Shown here: positions 51,626 through 64,000 of the stretch, one piece after another
Position numbering within the stretch: position 1 is the stretch's first letter
How the letters are laid out: the number at the start of each line of letters is the position of its first letter
NCBI RefSeq assembly: GCF_009914755.1
Contig: NC_060933.1
From: the human T2T-CHM13v2.0 reference genome, Homo sapiens
Reading direction: 5' to 3' (one strand)
Length of the DNA stretch: 64,000 nt
Program-made: the position numbers and the translations under genes
The notes under the pieces: model-generated
What the model saw: the letters and a program-made list of their open reading frames with translations, nothing else
The model's database searches: none
Told to the model about the DNA's origin: nothing

Positions 51626-52210
51626 TCCCAGCTCACATGAGTTGTATCTCACACACACCCAGAAGAGCCTGTGGGCAGAACTTCTTAAGTTTTATGCATA
51701 TCAGTTTGGGTTTAGGGCAGGGCAGTTGAGATTCTAGAAAGCCTAATGTGATCCTCACCTATTCAGAATACTTGGAACTTCTGCCACCGAGGCCCTTTGA
51801 AGAGACCCAGAAGCTTTTATCTGCGTTGGTCAGTGGAGAATGTTGCTGATTCTCTGCTTTGTACTTGAATGGTCTGACTTCCTTCTGTATTCATTCTTCT
51901 GTAAACAAGGTTTATAGGTAATCTGAAACATACTGTTGACATCTGTCAAAATTGATTGTATGTCTTTTCCTTCTTTTTTGTTTTTGTTTTAGGGGAAGTA
52001 GAAGTTATGTCAGGATTTTTTTTTTTTTTCCTTTTTGTGGAGATGGAGTCTTGCTATGTCATCTAGGCTGTTCTCAAACTCCTGGGCTCAGGCGGTCCTC
52101 CCACCTTGGTCTTCCAAAGTGCTGAGATTACAGGCATGAGCCACCTAGCCTTTATGAATGTGTTTTAAATCACAGTTTAAGCTCAAACATTTAATTCCCT
52201 TTCATCTTAA

Positions 52211-52408
<198 letters not shown>

Positions 52409-52449
52409 TAATATTTTCTTATCTCTATAATAAAGTCTGAAGTCTTTAA

Positions 52450-53542
52450 CGTGACTTGCAAGACCTTCGTGATTGGAATTGCATCAAACCTATAGATAAA
52501 TTTGGGAATAATTGCAAACCTAATGATTTTGACTCTTCCAATCCACTAATACGGTATATCTTTCTGTTTATTTAGGTCATGTTTAATTTCTGTTAGCATT
52601 GTTTTGTTGTTTTTAGTATAGAAGTCTTGGGCATCTTTTGTAAGAATTATTCCTTGGCATATATTTTGGCACTACTATAAGTAGAATTTCTTTAAATATA
52701 ATTTTTAAATATTTTACTGCTAGTATGTAGAAAATAATTGAGCTCTTAATATTAATCTTGTATCCTTTACTTTGCTAAATTCAATTATGAGTTCTGGCAG
52801 TGCTTTGTGAATTCTCGGTGATTTCTGCATAAACAGCCATGTTATTTACATATATTATAGGATCAGTTTTACTTCTTTTGTTCCAATTTTTCTGCCTTTT
52901 CTCCTCCCTCCTCACCCCCGACTATATTATTTCAGTGCTAGGACCTCTAGTACAATGTTGAATAAGAGTGATACAGGTGGGCATTTTTGCCTTATTCCTA
53001 ATCTTAAAAGGAAATAGTTGTCTTTTACATTAAATATATTAGCTGTAGATTTTGTACAGATGCTCTTTATCAGTTTGAGGGAATTCCCTACCATTATTAG
53101 TTTGCTAAGAGTTTTTATCATAAAGGGGTACTGAATTTTGTCAAATGCTTTTTTCTGCATCTATTGAAATAATTGAGTGGTTTTTCTCCTGTAGACTGCT
53201 ACTATGTTGAATTACATTTGCTCACGTTTTGTAAAGGATTTTTACATCAATACTCATGAGGAATATTGATCTATAATTGTCTTTATTATATTGGCTTTGT
53301 CAGGTTTTGGTTTTAAAAGTTATGCTGGCATCCTCAAACAAGTTGAAGGAAGTGCTTTCTCTTCCCCCTATATTTTTGAAAATATTTGCATAATTTTTGT
53401 GTTATTTCTTCCTTGAATATTTGATAGAATTTACCAGTGAAACCACCTGAGCCTTCTTTTTGGAGAAGGTTTTTTAAGTCAATTTCTTTTGTAGGCATAT
53501 AGTTACTTAGGTTTTCTGTTTCTTTTTGTGTCAATTTTGTCA
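52450..53542 (-). mobile_element. Old L1M ORF2 (RT-proximal) fragment
   Basis: ORFs 52927-53160 and 53334-53543 contain KAFDKIQYPFMIKTL, LLFNIVLEVLA and GFTGKFYQIFKEE. Confidence 0.85.
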
Positions 53543-54454
53543 TGCATCAGCAGTAGAGATCTAGTGGCATTAAAACACAGCAACAACAAACTCTAAAAGG
53601 TTCAGAACCTTGTAAACAGAGAGACTACAAGGATTTTTGGGTAGATTGTTGTGACTGAAGTCAGGTGGAAGCTAACTAGGGACTCACTGTTATTTCGTTA
53701 TTAATTAGTTTTGTCATCTTTTGAAAAAGTGACATAATCCTTTCATACCTTTTTTTTCTGTAAAGAAATTTTTCTCAAACTTTTGAAAGAAAAAGTATTT
53801 TCATGGACCTTTGTGACTAGTGCTGGCTTAAATAGTTTTTATTATAATGCTACTTAAATGTATGTAAACATAAAATTTATAGTTCTGATACAGCTATAAA
53901 TCAAAATGTACTTACAAATTCAACTTAAATCTATCAAACCAGATAATATCAAATTAACAACATTAATTTATAGGGAACCAGACTTGAGACAGTATCTTCC
54001 TACTATTGTAATACCAGTGGCCATGTAATATAAATAAGAGCATGGGCTCTAGAGTAAGACTTAAGTTCAGATATTGGCTCTGCCATTTACTTTGTGCAAG
54101 TGACTTATTTATTTCTAAAATGAGGATAATTAATTTAGTCAAATTAGAATTATTGATAATAATTAGGATTCTTGGTGTGATGAGTCATAACAGTGCTTGG
54201 CAAATAAGAATTGTCTAAAAAATATTAGCTTTAGTTGCAATTATTGTTGTATTATTGTTCTACTGAAACCTAATGATTAATTTTGAGTTTAATGGTAGAA
54301 AGTCTGATTCGATATTTAATGTGCTTCTGATTTTGGCTTTCATAATATAAATGCTAATACATAGATTGTCTACTTGCCTAAGTTCATAGCATTGCTAACA
54401 TAGTGTATTATACTTAACCTAAACTCCACCAGCTAGAACTCCTTGAATTTCAAG

Positions 54455-54593
54455 GTTTTTTGTTTTTTGTTTTTGTAGAAACGGGGTGTTACCACCTTGC
54501 CTAGGCTGGTCTCAAACCCCTGGGCTCAAACAATCCTCCTTCTTTGGCCTCCCAAAGTGCTGGGATTACAGGCATGAGCCACTGCACCTGGCC
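54455..54593 (-). mobile_element. FLAM
   Basis: TSD tgaatttca. Confidence 0.8.
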
Positions 54594-55061
54594 TGAATTT
54601 CAGTTTTTAATCAAGTGTCACTTGATAACTCTGTAAGTGTCTTATTCAATCATTGCCCATGTCAGATATGGGGAAGTGCCACCTGAAGTTATTTTTTAAT
54701 TCTTGAAAATGTAGAAGCAGCATTGTTTTTCAGCATAGAGATTATCATTGACTGCTGATGGCAATCAGTAGATTTTAAAAACTTTATTCTCAGAATTTAA
54801 AAAATACCTTGATTGTCTTATTGTTGATTTCAATTTGTATGAAACTTACAATATATTGAAGTAGAGTGATAACTATTCTTTTGACTCAATATATTTAATT
54901 GCCTTAATATATCAGCTAATTATTCTCTCAAAACTACTAGTCAACATGGTTGCCAGGTTGAAATATATTGATAGTAATTCTGGAAAAATATTTTCATTTT
55001 ATGGTACTCAAAGTTTAAGAGCCTCTCCATGAGATTGGCGATGGATTTAAGAATATAATAA

Positions 55062-55392
<331 letters not shown>

Positions 55393-56866
55393 TATCTTTT
55401 GATTCTAAAGATTAGTGAATATTAATAAAATTAAATGTATAATATTTAATAAAATTTATAATTTTATCCACCTGGTCTTTTATTTTCACTTTAGCATTTT
55501 GTTATTATAGCTATGAGGGCCTTCAGCAAAGGTACTATTTTACTATTGTATAGTAGCTTCTACCTGGTTAATAGGTTCTTTAGAGTTCTCCCCGCCTTTA
55601 CAATTTGGTGCCTTGATTCTGCCACATTTTTACATTTTTAAACTGTTCCAACATCTTCATCCAAATATTGTGCCATAAATTCATGCCTGTAGTCCCAGCT
55701 ACTCTGGAGGCTAAGGCAGGATAATTGCTTGAGCCTGGGTGTTCAAGAACACAGTGAACTGCATTTCAGCCTGGGCAGCAGAGCGAGACCCTGCCTCAAA
55801 AAAATACTGTGCTGTAATGTATATGATTTTCTGTGAACATGTAGTATTTATTTCAACTCCTTTTCTTTTCTCATTGCCCTACAACACTTAAAAGTAGTAT
55901 ATTACTCCACCATCACATTATGTTATTTTTATGATGTCAAATCAGGAGGACTTTTGTTTTAAAATTATTAGTGCAAAAGAGAAATGTTTTATTTATATGT
56001 GCTAAGATGAATACAGCATGAACAGGTTTTCTAACAAATTGGAAGTTGAGTGATGTCACTTAAGGTGATTATGGGCCCTAATGTGAGGCAAAGGGGTGTT
56101 TAAATTACATGGCAGTACATGGATATATGATTATTTCGATGATTAATAATATGCTCATATTAATTATTTTTTATTATGATAAAAATGAAAAGTGGTAAAA
56201 ACATTATGACATAGAATTAAGGACCTTCCAAGAATTTATTTGTGGAATCTCTAATCTGAGTAACAGTTATACTGGAGTATGGTGCAGAATAAGTGAAGGA
56301 TTATACTCTAAGGTGTCAAAAACCAGGGAGGAATGTATTATTTTGTGTGTATTAATTAGTAATTGAGTTCAGCTATATATAACAACTCCCCAGCTCCCTA
56401 AGACAGGGTGAAACAAAACAAAACAAACAAAAATAAGAAAAAACTCCAACAACAGTGGCTTAAACAAGATCAAGAGTATATCTTTCCCTTATAAATAATA
56501 AGGATCCCTGAAGCAGGCAGTTCAGAGCTGATGTTGTGGCTCAAGGGCGTCACCAGGGAACCAAGCTCCTTCCTGATGTTCTCTGCCATTCTTAAGTTCT
56601 TCTTTATGCTCCCAGGAGGCCTCTGTAGTTCCAGTCATCCTATCTTTTTCCACTTGGAAAGAAAGGGAAAGAACTAAGGGGAAAAGGTAAAAACCAGATG
56701 AATCTGTGTTTCAAGAGCTTTCCCAAAACCCCACCCAGTGACTTCCATTTAGGAGCTGATCATAATCCAGAAAGAAACAACCACGAGCACCATACTCCCG
56801 AATAAAAATCCCTAAAGTCTAAAATCCTGAAAATCAATCCTGAAAGATCAAAATCCCGAAAATACA

Positions 56867-57172
56867 GGCCAGGTATGGTGGCTGACACCTGTAATCCCAG
56901 CACTTTAGGAGGCCGAGGTGGGTGGATCACGAGGTCAGGAGATTGAGACCATCCTGGCTAACATGGTGAAACCCCATCACTACTGAAAATACAAAAAGTT
57001 AGCCGGGCATGATGGCAGGTGCCTGTAGTCCCAGCTACTTGGGAGGCTGAGGCAGGAGAATGGCGTGAATCTGTGAGGCGGAGGTTGCAGTGAGCCGAGA
57101 TTGTGCCACTGTACAATCCAGCCTGGGCGACAGAGCGAGAATCCATCTCAAAAAAAAAAAAAAAAAAAAAAA
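56867..57172 (+). mobile_element. AluY/Sc in the Ricksha subterminal repeats
   Basis: TSD aaaatcccgaaaataca. Confidence 0.9.
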
Positions 57173-57790
57173 ATCCCGAAAATACAATTCTGGAAAAAAA
57201 TTAAAGGATACTTATTTTACATTTTTAAAAATTTTTATTTTTATTTGAGAAACATAAAAACACAGCAGAACACTTCATAGGTCACTTTATAAAATAAAAT
57301 AGGCAATATTAGCATACAAATTTTTGCAAACGGAAACACTCAGGTATACTAATGACAGTTTCATGGGTATAACAGTTATGAGCAGATGAACCATATTCAG
57401 GAAGAAATAGCTTTTACAACTGAGGTCATCTGAAATACTGTGACAGACAACCTCAGTCTTTTGATGACATCCATCAAAACCGTGACGGGTCATCACTGCA
57501 TATGCAGTCCAAAGAGCTACTAAGATCTTGAGAAATTTTATTTTTCACAAATGCAGATGTATGAAAAGGATATCTCTTCATTTATTAAGGACATTTCAGT
57601 GCTTTTATGTACACAGACAGTGCTTACACACAGTCAACATTGTGGTAATGTACCTTTTTGGAGTCAAATTTGCAAAAAGTACATAAAATAAATTAGAACT
57701 CTGTAAGTCTTCCCGATGTTTATACCTCCAGTTTTGGAAATGATAAGATGAAATACATAGCATAGCACATTGTAAGATAAATAGTGCTTG

Positions 57791-59800
<2,010 letters not shown>

Positions 59801-59872
59801 CGTAGTCTCTTCTGTTGTGTTGTAAGGAATACAGTAAGAAGGAATGATACTTGGCTTTGCCAGTACCAAATA

Positions 59873-60530
59873 TGTATTAGTCAAGATTCTCCAGAGAGAC
59901 AGAACTAATAGAATATGCATATATACATGAGAGGGGATTTATTAGGGGAATTGGCTCATGCGATTATGTGGCTGAGAAGTCTTACAACAGGCTGTCTGCT
60001 AGCTGGAAACCCTGGGATGCTGGTATAGTGGTTCAGTCCAAATCCAAAGGCCTCAGAACCAGGGAAGCTAATGATGTGACTCTCAGCCTGAGGCTGAAAG
60101 GCCGGGACCTGGGAACTGCTGGCGTAAGTCCCAGAGTCCAAAGGCTGGAGGCCTCCAGTTCTGATGTCCAAGGCAGCGAAAAAGAAGCCTATGCTAGCTC
60201 TCAGAGAGAGAACAATTCACCTTCTGTATTTGTTCTGTCTGGGGCCCCAGCTGATTAGATGGTGCCCGCCAATATTCAGGCGAGATCTTCACATAATCCA
60301 CTCAGACTCACACACTAATCTCTCCTGGAAACAGCCTTACAGACACACCCCCAAATAATGCTTTACTAGGTTTCTAAGTCTTCCTTAATCCAGTCAAATT
60401 GACACCTGAATTTAAGTCCACAAGTTCACCCCATGTCAGTTTATCACTCATATGCATTTCCTTAAACCATACTTAATTTCCAAATAAAGACAATAACAAG
60501 GTAATAGTTCCACCTAACATGATGTAGCTA
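59873..60530 (-). mobile_element. MLT2B (ERVL) LTR plus ~110 bp of ERVL 3' internal sequence with PPT, carried inside Ricksha
   Basis: tgtattagtc..ttctccagagagacagaac (reverse of LTR end) to ttgacacct...ccaca (~60422), then cacccc (PPT) and internal sequence truncated at the TIR. Confidence 0.8.
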
Positions 60531-60851
60531 TCCTATGATTGTGATTTTGGGGATGTTAGACTTTAGGGATTTTGATCTTTCGGGATTTCAACATTTGGAA
60601 CTATGGCGTTCAGAATTTTGTCTTTCAGGATTATGATGCGAACCCCTTCCATTTACGTGTCCTTGGCCATGACTGTGTCATAGGGCCACCCTTGCTCCAG
60701 GGGAAGCTGGGAAAAATATTTTAGTGAGCACATTGCTGCCTTAACAAATTTGGACTCTCTGTGAGGAGTAAGAGAGAATGGACACTGGGTAGGCAAAATA
60801 GCAGTCTCTGCCACACCAATTAAATATTAATAGCTATGTTAAGTTCAAAAC

Positions 60852-61042
60852 AGACTGGGGTGCAGTAGCTCATGCCTGTAATCCCTGAGCTTTGGGAGGC
60901 TGAGACAGGAGAATTGCTTGAGCCCAGTTCAAGACCAGCTTGGGCAACCTAGGGACACCCCTAGGTTAAAAAATAATAAATAAATAAATAAATAAAAACA
61001 AAAAATAAAAATAAAAATAAAAAATAAAAAGAAAATAAAAAA
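60852..61042 (+). mobile_element. FLAM with long A-rich tail
   Basis: Approximate TSD aagttca.aaca. Confidence 0.8.
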
Positions 61043-61499
61043 AGTTCAGAACAAACACACAAACCAATCTATGTCTTTTTTTTTTTTTTTTAACATTTCT
61101 ACTTTAACCAAAGTTACATGAAAGGAACATAAATAAGTCTAAATTTCTAGAGTATGAAGGAAATGTAAGATCACGTAGTCCTGGCATTTTAGGCTTAGAG
61201 ATAATTAGTGCCTTGTCTGAGACCACAGGAGCAGTTCCAGGCTTGGGATTTCACGTTCCTGACTCCCACGCCAGTCAATGTTCTTTCCGTTTACATGGCT
61301 GCTTCATGAACTCTGGGAGCTCATCTGTCACTCTTCTGCGTATACAGGGTGGCTGGGTTTGGGTTACACTATCCGGGAGAAAACTGTCTAATCCCTTGAA
61401 TGATTACAATAAAAGTGATCTGAGGAAAATTTATGTGTCTGACTTGAGAGAGTCTTATACGTTCACTTTGTAAGTGTTGATGGTGCTGGCAGTATGTAA

Positions 61500-62020
61500 A
61501 CATTCATTCATTCTTCATTCATTTATTCGACAACGACTGCATACTAGACAATAGGTTATAATGTCCCAAGAACAGGACCATGCCTTTTGAATTTCCATAT
61601 CCCCAAGTAGGTCCTCACTGATGAGTGAATAATTAAGTCATAGTTTCTGCCTTCAGGAAATTATTAGGTCTGAGAGACAGACAAGCAAATCAATGATAAC
61701 AGTACAGCAAAGGCAAATCCCTTGAGATGATACAGGCATGGGTGAAGGGAAGCTAAATAAATCTCTGAGGCAGAAAGGGGGTCTGGAAAGATGCCAATAG
61801 GAAGTAGCCCCAGGTTCAGTTTTGAAGAGGCTGGCCAGGTGAGGAAAGAGAAGGGCAGCATATCAAGCCAAAGAATCAGATTCTCACCAGTAGGGGGTTT
61901 AGAGAAGAGGGGACCACAAGAAGTGTGGGAAGAGGCCATGGTCGTAGGAAATGAGGCTTGAGAGGTGGCCGTGGCCACATCAACAGAGACCTTAATAGTA
62001 TGTTAAAGGATTTGAACTTA
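61500..62020 (-). mobile_element. L2 fragments
   Basis: cattcattcattc 3' end and a purine-rich L2 body. Confidence 0.6.
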
Positions 62021-63210
62021 CCTAACCTCCCTGACAGGGCGCCATGGAGTCAGGGCAGGGAATGGCTCAGGTGTCTGTCCACTTTGGTGTAACCACCTGA
62101 CATTGTGGTTAGACCATGGTGCCTGACTGCAGAGCACCAGCGGGGCACCTCTTGTCACCCACAGCTGCAGATAGCCAGGGCCGACAAAATCACACATAAA
62201 GATTCCTGTGCCTCCCTGACCAGTGCTCCCAGGACCCCCCTCTTGGCAGAGCCTTACTAACCTTTCCAGCCCCTTGCAGACTCCACATGTCCCCTTTCAC
62301 TTTCCTACCCATCATGTTGTCCTCACTCCTCAGGGACTCCTAACAAGGGCTTCTTTTTGTCTCCTGCCTAATAAGGAATGATTTGCTTCTATTTGATAGT
62401 TGGTTATGCTTGGCTTTATGAGACCCTCAGATGGTAGAAAACACCAGACATACTTTGTAACCTCTAATGGTGGGATGAAAGGCAATATTTCAGGAATTGC
62501 AGACAGCCAGGAGACAGGAAGCCTGGTCCTAAGAGTGGTTAGAGCAGGGCCTCCCGCTTCCCCATCCTTGCTTCTTTGGTCTACAGCCTTCCCCTCCAGC
62601 AGGTCTCCTCCCAGTCTGTTCTCCCTTCTCTGCTTTTCTTTCCCACTTCTCAAATCGAGCCCCTCATCCTCTCCTTGGACTCCCAGTTGCATTGTCTTCT
62701 GGTGCCCAGTAGAGGACTGGCTTGCTCTCTCTGACCTCCGTCCTAAGATGGATCTAAACCTCCTTTGTTGGCTCTGCCTCTAGTAGTAAAGTTTCTGATG
62801 ACAAAGGGTGTCATTGGAGCTGCATCCTCTTGGTTAATGCAAGTAATAGACACAATTTTATTATTGAGGGACCATCTGAACCTCTCTGTCAGTGACTTTG
62901 GAAGTAAAATGTACCATGGAAAAGCTCATTTCTTTATTGCTTGTTTCTCTTTTTCTTTCTCTCCTTTCTTTCCCCCCTTAGGCAGGAATTATTATAACAA
63001 TAAAGAAAAGTAACAAAATTTTTCTCCAAATCCCACAACCATCAGTCATCAGCTGTTTTTACTTTTCCTGGTATTCTCTTCCAGTCCCTGCTCATCTACA
63101 GCGACCTTAACTAGATTCAGTTTTGAAGTGCGTTTTTTTTTTATGCCAAATGATCATATTTGGAACAAACTGAAGTAATTGAGCTATAGGATTATCTTGG
63201 GTAATAATGG

Positions 63211-63261
63211 CTTCTTCTTTTGATTATTTCCCTTTAGGAGTGACACTGCTGATCCTGTAAC
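63211..63261 (+). other. KIAA1958: Polypyrimidine tract, 3' splice acceptor (AG 63236-63237) and 24-nt 5'UTR part of the ATG-containing exon
   Basis: cttcttcttttgattatttccctttAG|gagtgacac... immediately before the ORF. Confidence 0.85.
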
Positions 63262-64000
63262 ATGGAGGATTGTCTTCATACCTCATCTGAGAATCTGTCC
63301 AAATTGGTCAGCTGGGCCCATAGCCATGGGACTATTTGCAGCCTCATTCCAAACCTGAAACACTTGCTTTCTGAAGGTTCCCATGGGAACCTGACAGCAA
63401 TGTGGGGCTGTAGTGCTGGCCATGCTTATCACTGGCCACTAACAGCTACTTGCAGAGCTGGGTCCCAAGAGAGGGTCTGTTTCCAGGATAACAGAAGTTT
63501 TAACTCTGATAGTCCCAGTATAATCGGGGTGCCCTCTGAGACACAGACTAGCCCTGTTGAAAGGTACCCTGGGAGACCAGTGAAAGCAAAGCTAGACTGT
63601 AACCGGACCAGAGACTCTTGTGACTTCTCCTACTGTAGTGAGCCCTCTGAACTGGATGAAACTGTTGAAGAATATGAAGATGAGAACACCCTGTTTGACA
63701 TGGTTTGTGAGTCTTCTGTTACAGATGAGGATAGTGACTTTGAACCCCAAACCCAAAGGCCTCAAAGCATTGCTCGCAAAAGACCTGGGGTAGTCCCATC
63801 TTCCCTCCATTCAAGCTCCCAGACGCAGATGGTTGACGAATGCAGCAATGATGTCATCATCAAGAAAATCAAACAAGAAATCCCCGAAGATTATTACATT
63901 GTGGCAAATGCAGAACTGACAGGAGGAGTAGATGGACCAGCCCTGTCCTTGACACAGATGGCAAAACCCAAGCCTCAGACTCACGCTGGTCCCTCCTGTG
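63262..64000 (+). CDS. KIAA1958: First coding exon (partial, runs off window) of KIAA1958, a Crypton-derived nuclear protein; N-terminal 246 codons
   Basis: Uninterrupted frame MEDCLHTSSENLSKLVSWAHSHGTICSLIPNLKHLL...DVIIKKIKQEIPEDYYIV...PQTHAGPSC; strong Kozak context (aacATGG); in-frame upstream TGA at 63241 and 63250; protein recognised from memory. Confidence 0.9.
   Translation, partial: MEDCLHTSSENLSKLVSWAHSHGTICSLIPNLKHLLSEGSHGNLTAMWGCSAGHAYHWPLTATCRAGSQERVCFQDNRSFNSDSPSIIGVPSETQTSPVERYPGRPVKAKLDCNRTRDSCDFSYCSEPSELDETVEEYEDENTLFDMVCESSVTDEDSDFEPQTQRPQSIARKRPGVVPSSLHSSSQTQMVDECSNDVIIKKIKQEIPEDYYIVANAELTGGVDGPALSLTQMAKPKPQTHAGPSC

Noticed and set aside
53560-53582. CTCF-like CCACTAGAT on the minus strand; also partial matches near 13790 and 62135
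   Set aside because: Core GGC or spacing mismatched; not distinguishable from chance
62330-63013. ORFs of 82-127 aa just upstream of the coding exon
   Set aside because: Low-complexity pyrimidine-rich intron sequence, near-cognate starts, no recognisable domain
63592-63810. 72-aa minus-strand ORF
   Set aside because: Antisense shadow of the real KIAA1958 exon

Overview
Human genomic DNA, very repeat-rich. Nearly the whole window (1-63237) is the intron upstream of the first coding exon of a + strand gene. That exon (acceptor AG at 63236-63237, ATG at 63262, open to the window end) reads MEDCLHTSSENLSKLVSWAHSHG..., which I recognise from memory as KIAA1958, a domesticated Crypton-derived gene. 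The ORF track misses it because it has no stop inside the window. Two composite mobile elements stand out. (1) A 3.2-kb human-specific SVA_F1 (MAST2 exon 1 fused to SVA). Its 13-bp TSD also encloses about 880 bp of 5'-transduced DNA (an L2 fragment with a trimeric Alu). It sits in an old L1 in the same orientation as the host gene. (2) A 3.9-kb Ricksha MULE/MuDR DNA transposon with a 10-bp TSD, a readable fossil FLYWCH + DDE transposase, and an ERVL 3' end plus MLT2 LTR directly upstream of, and co-oriented with, that transposase. The rest is Alu, L1, L2, MIR, MER and solo-LTR sequence, a 304-nt pure pyrimidine tract and several small palindromes and duplications. Almost all listed ORFs are spurious repeat translations. 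I found no wholly new gene system; the most promising leads are regulatory and evolutionary. Repeat subfamily names come from recalled consensus sequences and are approximate.
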